This document shows positions 27,796-36,666 of a DNA stretch of 64,000 nucleotides, piece after piece; positions within the stretch are counted from its first letter, which is position 1, and every line of letters begins with the position of its first letter. This DNA is from an uncultured Bacteroidota bacterium (GTDB taxonomy: Bacteria; Bacteroidota; Bacteroidia; Flavobacteriales; UBA7312). The DNA is taken from the NCBI GenBank assembly GCA_902580855.1, contig CACHMF010000001.1, positions 6,319-70,318 of the forward strand, read 5' to 3'. Both the position numbers and the translations under genes were made by a program. Below the pieces are notes generated by a model. It saw nothing but the letters and a program-made list of their open reading frames with translations, searched no databases and was not told where the DNA came from.

Positions 27796-27823
27796 GAAAA
27801 AAAATCGGGCAAAAAGCCCGATT
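27796..27823 (-). terminator. Intrinsic terminator downstream of yajC
   Basis: On the - strand, ATCGGGC / TTTTT / GCCCGAT is followed by a T8 run. Confidence 0.65.
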
Positions 27824-28123
27824 CTATGATTTTGGTTTAAATCCTGGAGATAAATCTAAAGATAAAGCGCTTTTTTCTATTTTCAATTTGATGCCATCTC
27901 CAGCATCTAACAAAACTGTCCCTTCACTTACACTAGACACTTTTCCATGTATTCCTCCGCTCGTTACAACCTTATCGCCTTTTTTAATTTGTTCTCTAAA
28001 CTTGCGTTCTGCTTTTTGTTTTTTGACTTGCGGACGAATCATAAAAAACCAAAAAACTCCGAAAATTAAAACAAAGAAAATCAATGGGTTTCCTCCTGCT
28101 TGTGCTTGTAATAAAATGTTCAT
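27824..28123 (-). CDS. yajC: Preprotein translocase subunit YajC
   Basis: 99 aa. One TM followed by RPQVKKQK...GDKVVTSGGIHGKV, characteristic of YajC. Confidence 0.9.
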   Translation of the reverse strand: MNILLQAQAGGNPLIFFVLIFGVFWFFMIRPQVKKQKAERKFREQIKKGDKVVTSGGIHGKVSSVSEGTVLLDAGDGIKLKIEKSALSLDLSPGFKPKS

Positions 28124-28605
28124 TATTCTGTAATTACTTCTGAGTGAATACGGATTACTTTTCTGTTTGGATTAGTGTTAGCAGTTAATGTAACAGCTTT
28201 TGATTGCTTCCCTGTTCTTCCTTTACTATCAAAGGTTACATCAACAGAAGCAGTAGCTCCTGGCGCAATCGGCTCTTTTGGATAATTAGGAACTGTACAA
28301 CCACAACTGCCCTGTGCATTTGATATGATAAGAGGCGCATCTCCCGAATTAGTAAATTGGAAAGAGTAAGTAACTTTTTCACCGTCTATCAATATTCCGA
28401 AATCGTGTTCTTCTTTTTTAAAAGTAAAAGCAGGCATTCCAAGTTCCTTTTCATCTAATTGAGCTGTTTTGCTATTCCTTACCAAATCGGTTGACAACTG
28501 ATCCTTGCTATCTACTTTTTTTGCCATATCGCCACAAGACACTAGAAGCACTAATGACAACATTACAATGCATATATTATTCATATTTAATATAATTTTT
28601 AGCAA
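28123..28605 (-). CDS. DUF1573 domain lipoprotein
   Basis: 160 aa. Lipobox LLVSCG and the DUF1573 hallmark SCGCT. The real start may be the internal ATG at 28584. Confidence 0.7.
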   Translation of the reverse strand: MLKIILNMNNICIVMLSLVLLVSCGDMAKKVDSKDQLSTDLVRNSKTAQLDEKELGMPAFTFKKEEHDFGILIDGEKVTYSFQFTNSGDAPLIISNAQGSCGCTVPNYPKEPIAPGATASVDVTFDSKGRTGKQSKAVTLTANTNPNRKVIRIHSEVITE

Positions 28606-28613
28606 ATATAAAA

Positions 28614-29549
28614 TTATTCAATGAGACCTCTACCCGTCTTTCTAATCGTTCCTTCTTTTTTAAACTCAATCAGCAGACTATCTAAGATACCGTTTACAAA
28701 GTTTTTACTTTTAGGCGTACTATAATATTTAGCCATATCTATATACTCGTTCATAGCCACTTTAACAGGAACGGTTGGCATTTCTAAAATTTCTGTTAAC
28801 GCCATTTGCATCAAAAGCAAATCTAATTGTGCTACACGCTCAATTTCCCAATTGCTTATTTTAGAAGATATAAGTTCAGTAAATGATTTTGCATGAATAG
28901 TTGTTTTACGAAATAAATTAAGACAAAAGTGCTTGTCTTCCTTATCTTTAAAAAGAGGCATCAGCTGTATTTTACCCTCTTCAGAATCTTTGATGGTTTT
29001 AATCACCATACTAGTGATAAAAGGCAAATCGTCATCCCAGTGAATATTCTTCTCTGCTAAAAAATGCTGAAAGTGATTATCTTCTACTAAAAACTTCCCA
29101 AATATTTTCGAGACAAATCTTTTTTCAGACTCAAAATTTTGATTGTCAATATTCATGTATTCTTGATACTCATGTGTTTCTTTCAATTTGAAAAAGATTT
29201 TTTTCAACATTTCTTCCTCTCCTGCGTAGGACAACTTATATGCACTTGCTAAGCTTAATAAAGCTGTATCATCTTTTAATCTGTTCAGAAACAGATTGTC
29301 AATAAATTTGGTGTTTGGATTTAAATCCTCTTGCGTGGGTAATCTTTTACTTTTAGATTCTTCAATAAAATTAGCAGCATAATCTCTTAATTCTATCAAG
29401 TAAAGCAATAAGAGAGTATATAGTTCCTCCACTTCTTGTAAAGATTTAATAAATGCATTTTCAGCTTTCACTAAATCTCTTTCTGGAGTTTGTTGCCAAG
29501 CGTATAGCGCTTGTAAAACACGAATACGAAGATGTCTTCTATTCAACAT
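28614..29549 (-). CDS. nusB: Transcription antitermination factor NusB (long Bacteroidota form)
   Basis: The start at 29549 gives MLNRRHLRIRVLQALYAW. The 10 extra codons of the ORF-track start (29579) overlap the ldh terminator hairpin. Confidence 0.8.
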   Translation of the reverse strand: MLNRRHLRIRVLQALYAWQQTPERDLVKAENAFIKSLQEVEELYTLLLLYLIELRDYAANFIEESKSKRLPTQEDLNPNTKFIDNLFLNRLKDDTALLSLASAYKLSYAGEEEMLKKIFFKLKETHEYQEYMNIDNQNFESEKRFVSKIFGKFLVEDNHFQHFLAEKNIHWDDDLPFITSMVIKTIKDSEEGKIQLMPLFKDKEDKHFCLNLFRKTTIHAKSFTELISSKISNWEIERVAQLDLLLMQMALTEILEMPTVPVKVAMNEYIDMAKYYSTPKSKNFVNGILDSLLIEFKKEGTIRKTGRGLIE

Positions 29550-29562
29550 AAGAACGAAATTA

Positions 29563-29594
29563 CAAAAAAGAGCATGCATAATAAGTATGCTCTC
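29563..29594 (-). terminator. Intrinsic terminator downstream of the Leu/Val dehydrogenase gene
   Basis: On the - strand, AGAGCAT / 11-nt loop / ATGCTCT is followed by TTTTT. Confidence 0.55.
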
Positions 29595-29612
29595 TTTTCA
29601 ATTGATTATTTA

Positions 29613-30701
29613 TTAGGCCTTAGCGTTATCGATACGCTGTTCTGCTATACTTAAAGCTGCTTCATGCGTGGTAATATCTTCTTGTTCTGCTTTAACTAAA
29701 ATCTCTAAAGTAGTATCATAAATGTTACGAGTTCTCTCCAAAGCTTGCTCTCTATCATAACCATGTAGCTCTGAATATACATTGATTAAACCACCTGCAT
29801 TGATTAAAAAGTCTGGAGCATAGACTATACCTCTATATTTTATCGCCTCTCCATGCACTTTTTCGTGTTCTAATTGATTATTGGCAGCACCTGCAATAAT
29901 GCTGCATTTCAAACGACTTAAGGTGTCATCATTCACTGTAGCTCCCAAAGCACAAGGAGCATATATATCCATTTCAGCATCATAAATAGCATCACCCATG
30001 ATGATTTCTGAACCGTAAATCTCAGATACTTCTCGTAAACGAGCTTCATTGATGTCATTGATGATAACTGTTGCTCCTTCCTCTGTCAAGTTCTTTACTA
30101 GATTTTCACCAACATGGCCAATCCCTTGAACAACAACACGCTTACCATTCAAATCATCAGAACCCCACTTAAATTTTGCTGAAGCTTTCATTCCCATGTA
30201 AACACCATATGCAGTTACAGGAGAAGGATCTCCACTGCCACCCATCTCAACAGGAATTCCTGTAACATGGTCTGTTTCCATTTTCACATATTCCATATCT
30301 TTTGTACTCATACCCACATCCTCAGCAGTTATGTATTTACCACCTAATGAATCTACATACTCACCAAATTTACGCATCAAAGCTTCTGTTTTTTCTTTAG
30401 AGGCATCTCCAATGATTACCGCTTTTCCTCCCCCAAGAGCTAAACCTGTTACTGCTGCTTTGTACGTCATACCTCTAGACAAACGCAATACATCTTTCAA
30501 TGCATCCAATTCATTATCATACTTCCACATTCTAGTACCACCCAAAGCTGGTCCTAAAACCGTATTGTGAATTGCTATAATTGCTTTTAAGCCTGTTTCG
30601 TTATCCTGACAAAATAATACTTGTTCATGTCGCATTTCTGACATCTTTCGCAGAATAGGATTCGTATCAGCTACTTCTTCAAGGTATTTTACATCTATCA
30701 T
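29613..30701 (-). CDS. Leucine (Leu/Val/Phe) dehydrogenase, Glu/Leu/Phe/Val dehydrogenase family
   Basis: 362 aa. GPALGGTRMW, catalytic-lysine block GLALGGGKAVI, and NAD motif VVQGIGHVG. Confidence 0.85.
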   Translation of the reverse strand: MIDVKYLEEVADTNPILRKMSEMRHEQVLFCQDNETGLKAIIAIHNTVLGPALGGTRMWKYDNELDALKDVLRLSRGMTYKAAVTGLALGGGKAVIIGDASKEKTEALMRKFGEYVDSLGGKYITAEDVGMSTKDMEYVKMETDHVTGIPVEMGGSGDPSPVTAYGVYMGMKASAKFKWGSDDLNGKRVVVQGIGHVGENLVKNLTEEGATVIINDINEARLREVSEIYGSEIIMGDAIYDAEMDIYAPCALGATVNDDTLSRLKCSIIAGAANNQLEHEKVHGEAIKYRGIVYAPDFLINAGGLINVYSELHGYDREQALERTRNIYDTTLEILVKAEQEDITTHEAALSIAEQRIDNAKA

Positions 30702-30726
30702 CTTTTAAAAGAATTTAGTTAATCTA

Positions 30727-30753
30727 GAGGAAAGTTTAATTAACTTTGTCCTC
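30727..30753. repeat. 27-bp near-palindrome in the divergent ldh / ABC-exporter spacer
   Basis: GAGGAAAG-T-TTAATTAA-CTTTGTCCTC. The arms GAGGA/TCCTC and AA/TT pair with a one-base bulge around a TTAATTAA core. Confidence 0.6.
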
Positions 30754-30840
30754 CTTAAACCTTACCTAAGGGGCTTCATTTTCGGAGCGCAAAAATAGTC
30801 TAAAAATTTGGGATACCCAAATGACTTGAAGATTTGAAAA

Positions 30841-32613
30841 ATGAGGGAATTATTCTATCTCAATAAGTACTTTTTTAAATACCGCTGGCGATTATTGTTC
30901 GGTATTTTTTTTGTGGTTACCTCTAACATCTTTGCATTATACCCAGCTCAATATGTTCGAAAAGCTTTTGATACTACCAAAGAAATTATCGAAGCTAACA
31001 AAAATAATACTCAAAATATTAACGATTTAACAGAGCCACTTTTAATTTTTGGATTACTCATAATTGCTTTTGCTTTACTAAAAGGAGTCTTCATGTTCTT
31101 TATGAGACAAACTATTATTGTTATGTCTCGTTTGATAGAATATGATTTAAAAAATGAAATCTATCAACAATATCAACGTTTAGAGACTGCCTTTTATAAT
31201 CGAAACAACACAGGAGACTTAATGGCTCGTATCAGCGAAGATGTAAGCAGAGTACGTATGTTTTTAGGACCAGCGACAATGTACCCTATCAACATGATTT
31301 CTCTATTCAGCTTGGTTGTTTACACTATGTTCAGTATCAATATAAAACTGACATTATTCGTCCTGACACCTTTGCCAATTATGTCTATTAGTATATTTTA
31401 CATCAGTAAAGTAATTCATCAAAAAAGTGAGGGTGTGCAAAAGCAATTATCAAAGCTTTCCACTTTATCCCAAGAAGCATTTTCAGGCATTAGAGTCATC
31501 AAATCATTTGTAAATGAAAAAAGCAACAGTAAAAATTTTGAAAAAGAAACTAATGAATATTTAAATCGTAATGTTTCCTTGGCAAAAACCAATGCGCTTT
31601 TCTTTCCTTTTATGTTATTATTGATAGGCCTAAGCACCACTCTAACTATTTACATTGGCGGTCAAGAGGCTGCTGCTGGAAACATCACTACAGGAAATAT
31701 AGCAGAGTTTATTATTTATGTTAACATGCTAACATGGCCAATGGCTTCTATCGGATGGGTAACTTCTATCATTCAAAGAGCGGCAGCATCGCAAAAACGT
31801 ATTAATGAGTTCTTACATATAAAGCCAGAAATACAAAATCATCACCAAAAAACAAGTAAAATTGATGGAGCTGTTCGTTTTGAAAATGTTTCGTTTACCT
31901 ACCCTGATACAGGTATTAAAGCTTTAAATAATGTTTCCTTTGAAATTTCTAATGGAGGTTCGCTTGCTATTGTTGGAAAAACAGGCTCTGGAAAATCAAC
32001 TATAGCGAAATTGGTTAGTAGACTATATGATACCGATAATGGAACAGTATTGATTGATAATAAAAAAATTACTCAAATAAACCTCTTCGATTTACGAAAT
32101 AGTATAGGCTATATTACTCAAGAAGCTTTGCTTTTTTCTGATACTATATCAAATAATATCGCCTTTGGTTCCCGATACAAAACAAATCGAAACACTATAG
32201 AGAATGCAGCAAAAATGGCTGCTATTCATGACAACATCATTAGTTTTAAACATGGTTATGAAACTCAAGTTGGAGAACGAGGTGTTTCACTTTCAGGTGG
32301 ACAAAAACAACGGATCTCTATCGCTAGAGCATTCATCAGAAACCCACAAATTCTCATTTTCGATGATTGTCTGTCTGCTGTTGACACAGAAACAGAGGAC
32401 CACATTTTGAAACATCTTAAGGAGATGACGCAATCGATTACCAGTATTATCATTAGCCATCGAATTTCTTCCATTAAACATGCCGAAGAAATAATAGTGT
32501 TGGAGCAAGGGAGTATAATAGAGAAAGGAACACATCAAGAATTACTCCAAAAACAAGGAGTATATTTTGAAATGTACGAAAAACAACTAGCAGAAGATGA
32601 TTCCATTGCCTAA
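30841..32613 (+). CDS. ABC transporter, fused permease/ATPase exporter (MsbA-like type)
   Basis: 590 aa. Six-helix TMD, Walker A GKTGSGKST, signature LSGGQKQR, Walker B ILIFDD. Confidence 0.9.
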   Translation: MRELFYLNKYFFKYRWRLLFGIFFVVTSNIFALYPAQYVRKAFDTTKEIIEANKNNTQNINDLTEPLLIFGLLIIAFALLKGVFMFFMRQTIIVMSRLIEYDLKNEIYQQYQRLETAFYNRNNTGDLMARISEDVSRVRMFLGPATMYPINMISLFSLVVYTMFSINIKLTLFVLTPLPIMSISIFYISKVIHQKSEGVQKQLSKLSTLSQEAFSGIRVIKSFVNEKSNSKNFEKETNEYLNRNVSLAKTNALFFPFMLLLIGLSTTLTIYIGGQEAAAGNITTGNIAEFIIYVNMLTWPMASIGWVTSIIQRAAASQKRINEFLHIKPEIQNHHQKTSKIDGAVRFENVSFTYPDTGIKALNNVSFEISNGGSLAIVGKTGSGKSTIAKLVSRLYDTDNGTVLIDNKKITQINLFDLRNSIGYITQEALLFSDTISNNIAFGSRYKTNRNTIENAAKMAAIHDNIISFKHGYETQVGERGVSLSGGQKQRISIARAFIRNPQILIFDDCLSAVDTETEDHILKHLKEMTQSITSIIISHRISSIKHAEEIIVLEQGSIIEKGTHQELLQKQGVYFEMYEKQLAEDDSIA

Positions 32614-32627
32614 TTAGAATTATTTTA

Positions 32628-32635
32628 TAGATTTG
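32628..32635 (+). promoter_or_regulatory. -7 box (TAGATTTG)
   Basis: Exact TAnnTTTG 25 nt upstream of the ATG at 32661. Confidence 0.4.
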
Positions 32636-32660
32636 GGGACAACAAAAAACTTATATTAAA

Positions 32661-33011
32661 ATGGATGAAAATAAAGCACAAGAGGAAATCTACTCGCAAG
32701 TAGTGAGGGCCGGAAAAAGAACATACTTCTTTGATGTGCGTGCTACCCGTGCAGATGATTATTACCTAACAATTACCGAGAGTAAAAAATTCTTTAATGA
32801 AGATGGAAGCTCTCATTATAAAAAGCATAAAATCTTTTTATATAAAGAAGATTTTGTGAAATTTAAAGATGCTTTCGGAGAGGCTATCAGATTTATTGAA
32901 GATAAAAAAGGTGCCTATGTTCATGAAGAACAATCAAAAGACCCAACAGTTTCTGCCAAAGAAAAGACAAGCAATGATGAGTTTACAGATGTCAGCTTTG
33001 AGGATATTTAA
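32661..33011 (+). CDS. PUR-alpha-like ssDNA/RNA-binding protein (DUF3276 family)
   Basis: 116 aa. The core RAGKRTYFFDVRATRADDYYLTITESKK is typical of the bacterial PUR-repeat family, followed by an acidic tail. Confidence 0.65.
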   Translation: MDENKAQEEIYSQVVRAGKRTYFFDVRATRADDYYLTITESKKFFNEDGSSHYKKHKIFLYKEDFVKFKDAFGEAIRFIEDKKGAYVHEEQSKDPTVSAKEKTSNDEFTDVSFEDI

Positions 33012-33025
33012 CAATTTCTAAAATT

Positions 33026-33055
33026 AAAAAAGCTCGCTTTAAGCGGGCTTTTTTG
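33026..33055 (+). terminator. Rho-independent terminator
   Basis: AGCTCGCT / TTA / AGCGGGCT (one G:T pair) preceded by an A-run and followed by TTTTT. Confidence 0.7.
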
Positions 33056-33152
33056 TAGCTATTTTAGCAATAGAGTATGTAACTACATCAAAAAAAGATG
33101 GATGTAATAAATATCTAATACAAATGATAGACTCTTCTTTTGTATGTAAATT

Positions 33153-33608
33153 TTATAATACCAATATATATAATGTGGCAAGAGTAAAAATTAAATACGG
33201 AACTAACCCCCCTGCTCCTGCATAATCTTTAGCTATTCGTTGTCCAAAGAAAAGCATTAGCAAAGCGATCGCAGAAAGCACAGCACCTATAAACGCCATA
33301 AAATCACCATTTCCAACTAGTATATTTACCACTCCAATAGCAGAAAAAACACCTGCTGCGACTTCCACTAAAGTAATAACGCCCAACAAAACCGGAACCA
33401 CTCCTCCTAGTATCGACTTTGCAAAATGACCTTTCAGCCACTCTAAATTCCCTTTCCAATCAAATACTTTATCTAAGCCCGATTGCAAAAACAAAATCGC
33501 TAAAAACGACACCGCAAAAATCTGCATCAAAGAGAGCGAATCTATGTTACACATTCTAGTTGTCCAACTCGCTTCTGCAATATCCAATAAAACCATGTTT
33601 TCTTTCAA
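33153..33608 (-). CDS. DoxX-family membrane protein
   Basis: 151 aa, four hydrophobic helices. The family assignment rests on general pattern only. Confidence 0.5.
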   Translation of the reverse strand: MKENMVLLDIAEASWTTRMCNIDSLSLMQIFAVSFLAILFLQSGLDKVFDWKGNLEWLKGHFAKSILGGVVPVLLGVITLVEVAAGVFSAIGVVNILVGNGDFMAFIGAVLSAIALLMLFFGQRIAKDYAGAGGLVPYLIFTLATLYILVL

Positions 33609-33770
33609 TTTTAGTAATTAACAATTTCAAAAATCTGTTGATAAAAACCAAAGATTTTCCTCTTTAAAAGCAAGTGAAATGACCTACTTTTAGGCAGCTA
33701 AAATAAGGATAATAATAGGAATTGAAAGATTGCGTTTATTCATTTTAAACTCTTTGAAACAAAGTAAAAA

Positions 33771-34571
33771 ATGGCAAAAATCATTTGTGTAGCCAACCAA
33801 AAAGGAGGCGTAGGAAAAACCACAACAGCTATGAATCTAGCGGCTTGCTTGGGTGTGCTGGAAAAGAAAGTCTTATTGGTAGATGCCGACCCACAAGCAA
33901 ATGCTACTTCAGGTGTTGGCTTCGATCCTAGAAACATCAAAACAGGATTGTACGAATGTTTAATCAATGAAATCAATCCGAGTGATGTACTTTTAAATAC
34001 TGAAAGTCCGAATTTGGATTTACTTCCTGCACATATCGATTTAGTTGGCGCAGAATTAGAGTTAATTAGCCAACCCAACAGAGAGTTCATGATGAAAACT
34101 GTCTTGGATAAAATCAGTAACAGCTACGATTTCATCATCATAGATTGCGCTCCATCTTTAGGAATTGTTACTACTAATGCACTTACTGCAGCACATTCCA
34201 TCATCATTCCTATTCAATGCGAATATTTTGCTTTAGAAGGGTTGGGGAAACTCCTAAACACAATCAAAATTGTGCAAAGTCGCCTTAACAAAGAGCTAGA
34301 TATCGAAGGCCTACTCCTAACCATGTTCGACACGCGTTTACGCTTATCTAACCAAGTAGTAGAAGAAGTTAAAACACACTTTCAAGAAATGGTGTTCGAC
34401 ACCATCATTCAGCGAAATGTAAGGTTGGGAGAAGCGCCTAGCTTTGGCGAAACCATCATCATGCATGATGCCAATAGCAAAGGAGCTATCAATTACCTTA
34501 ACTTAGCAAGAGAGATTTTGCAAAAAAACGAAATGACTGACTTCACTCAAGAAGAAAAAATGATTTCATAA
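33771..34571 (+). CDS. parA: Chromosome partitioning ATPase ParA/Soj
   Basis: 266 aa. Deviant Walker A NQKGGVGKTT, and IIIDCAPSLG. Confidence 0.95.
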   Translation: MAKIICVANQKGGVGKTTTAMNLAACLGVLEKKVLLVDADPQANATSGVGFDPRNIKTGLYECLINEINPSDVLLNTESPNLDLLPAHIDLVGAELELISQPNREFMMKTVLDKISNSYDFIIIDCAPSLGIVTTNALTAAHSIIIPIQCEYFALEGLGKLLNTIKIVQSRLNKELDIEGLLLTMFDTRLRLSNQVVEEVKTHFQEMVFDTIIQRNVRLGEAPSFGETIIMHDANSKGAINYLNLAREILQKNEMTDFTQEEKMIS

Positions 34572-35467
34572 TGGCAGAGAAAAAGAGAGCATTAGGAAGA
34601 GGATTATCCGCCCTACTGAAAAACCCAGAAACAGACATTACCTCTAACGAGCCGATTAGCGAAAGTAAAGTAGCAGGCTCTGTAAATGAGATTGCAATTT
34701 CCCAAATTGAGGTAAATCCATTTCAGCCAAGAACAGAGTTTGATCAAGAAGCCTTACAAGAACTTTCCGCTTCTATCCATCAGCTAGGAATTATCCAACC
34801 CCTAACAGTGCGTAAGTTGGGCTATGACAAATACCAACTTATCTCTGGGGAAAGAAGATTCAGAGCTTCTCAGCTAGCCGGTTTAGAAAAGGTTCCTGCA
34901 TACATCCGCATTGCCAACGACCAAGAGATGTTGGAAATGGCTTTGGTGGAAAACATCCAAAGAGAACAACTCAACGCTATTGAAGTAGCCCTAAGCTACA
35001 AGCGTTTGATGGAAGAATGTAAGCTGACTCAAGAACGCATGAGCGAAAGAGTCGGAAAAAAGCGCTCTACCGTTACCAACTACTTACGATTACTTAAACT
35101 TCCTGCTGAAATACAAGCAGGATTAAGAGATGGAAAAATCAGTATGGGGCATGCTCGAGCTCTAGTCAATGTTAGTAATAGTGAAACACAACTCAATATT
35201 TTTCATGATGCTGTAGCTAATGGCTTTTCGGTAAGAGATGTAGAGCAAATCGTAAAAGACTTTGGTGAAAGCGGCTACAAAAGAACCTCTAGAACAAGAA
35301 CAAAGACCTTGCCTTCTTTTGAGCATCAAAAACTGGCCAATGACATTAGTCATCAAATTGGAAGTGAGGTAAAACTAAAGGTCAACAAATCTGGAAAAGG
35401 AAAGCTAGAGATTCCTTTTAAAACAGAGGAAGAACTACAAGCTATCATCAAGCATTTCGGACTGTAA
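34571..35467 (+). CDS. parB: Chromosome partitioning protein ParB/Spo0J
   Basis: 298 aa. ParB box GERRFRAS and HTH region. The start overlaps the parA stop. Confidence 0.95.
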   Translation: MAEKKRALGRGLSALLKNPETDITSNEPISESKVAGSVNEIAISQIEVNPFQPRTEFDQEALQELSASIHQLGIIQPLTVRKLGYDKYQLISGERRFRASQLAGLEKVPAYIRIANDQEMLEMALVENIQREQLNAIEVALSYKRLMEECKLTQERMSERVGKKRSTVTNYLRLLKLPAEIQAGLRDGKISMGHARALVNVSNSETQLNIFHDAVANGFSVRDVEQIVKDFGESGYKRTSRTRTKTLPSFEHQKLANDISHQIGSEVKLKVNKSGKGKLEIPFKTEEELQAIIKHFGL

Positions 35468-35977
35468 GTGAGAGTCATCTTCACATACTTTATCTTGTTG
35501 TTTTGCGCCAGTGCTTATGCGCAAGAAGTCGCACCAAAAGAACATTCGCCACACAAGGCCTCCGTTTATTCGGCTATTCTTCCTGGAGCAGGACAAGTAT
35601 ATAACAAGAAATACTGGAAGGTTCCTATCGTTTATGCCGCTTTGGGAAGTGCCGCTTATTTCACTTACGATAATCAACAGAAATACGATCAATACCGTGA
35701 TGCTTTCCTGCTTCGACAAGATGGAGGCACAGATGAATATGATGGAATTTATACTGACAGTCAACTCATCACCATTATGGAGCATTATGAAAGAAATAAA
35801 GAACTTTCCATCATCATGACAGCGGCTGTTTACATCCTCAACATTGTTGATGCTAGCGTAGATGCACATCTTTTTGATTTTGATGTAAGTGAGGATTTAT
35901 CGCTGAATACTACTCCTAAATTGATACAAACACAAAGCGGTTATCAACCCACTCTTTCTCTACAAATGAATTTTTAA
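35468..35977 (+). CDS. DUF5683 domain-containing protein
   Basis: 169 aa. GTG start abutting the parB stop, signal peptide, and SAILPGAGQVYNKKYWK motif. Confidence 0.65.
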   Translation: MRVIFTYFILLFCASAYAQEVAPKEHSPHKASVYSAILPGAGQVYNKKYWKVPIVYAALGSAAYFTYDNQQKYDQYRDAFLLRQDGGTDEYDGIYTDSQLITIMEHYERNKELSIIMTAAVYILNIVDASVDAHLFDFDVSEDLSLNTTPKLIQTQSGYQPTLSLQMNF

Positions 35978-35987
35978 CTTTGCGCGG

Positions 35988-36647
35988 ATGAAAATTGCAA
36001 TTTTGGGATACGGTAAAATGGGGCATGCAATCGAGAGGATTGCTTTGCAAAGAGGGCATGAAATCATTCTAAAAACAAACAGCCAAAATCCAGCAGACAC
36101 TGCCGATTTTTCAGCAGTAGAAGTAGCTATAGATTTCAGCACACCTGACACCGCCTTCAGCAACATCAGTTCTGCATTAACGCAAGGTATTCCTGTAATA
36201 TCTGGCACAACAGCGTGGCTAGAAAAACAAACTGAAGCGGAACAATTAGCTATGGAAAATAACACTGCTTTTTTGTATGCTTCTAACTTCAGCATTGGTG
36301 TTAATCTCTTTTTTGAGCTGAATAAAAAATTAGCTCAATTGATGAGCAATCATGAGCAATACCAAGCGAGCATGAAAGAGGTTCATCACATACATAAATT
36401 GGATGCCCCGAGTGGAACAGCCATCAGTTTGGCCGAAGACATGCAAGGGGAAATACATATAGAAAGTGAGCGTACAGGAGAAGTTCCTGGCACACACATC
36501 ATCACCTACCAATCTGGTATTGACAGCATAGAAATTAAACACGAAGCACACAACCGACAAGGTTTTGCCCTTGGAGCTGTTCTTGCTGCCGAATGGATAA
36601 AAGATAAAAAAGGCGTATTCAGCATGAGCGATATGCTAAACCTATAA
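35988..36647 (+). CDS. dapB: 4-hydroxy-tetrahydrodipicolinate reductase
   Basis: 219 aa. MKIAILGYGKMG, HHIHKLDAPSGTA, and HEAHNRQGFALGAV. Confidence 0.9.
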   Translation: MKIAILGYGKMGHAIERIALQRGHEIILKTNSQNPADTADFSAVEVAIDFSTPDTAFSNISSALTQGIPVISGTTAWLEKQTEAEQLAMENNTAFLYASNFSIGVNLFFELNKKLAQLMSNHEQYQASMKEVHHIHKLDAPSGTAISLAEDMQGEIHIESERTGEVPGTHIITYQSGIDSIEIKHEAHNRQGFALGAVLAAEWIKDKKGVFSMSDMLNL

Positions 36648-36666
36648 GAAGAGCGTTATAAACACA

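Noticed and set aside
35181-35188. A search for parS sites near parAB found GTGAAACA inside parB and TGTTTCAC at about 32283.
   Set aside because: Only isolated half-sites are present. No 16-bp TGTTNCACGTGAAACA-like palindrome exists in the window, so no parS call can be supported.
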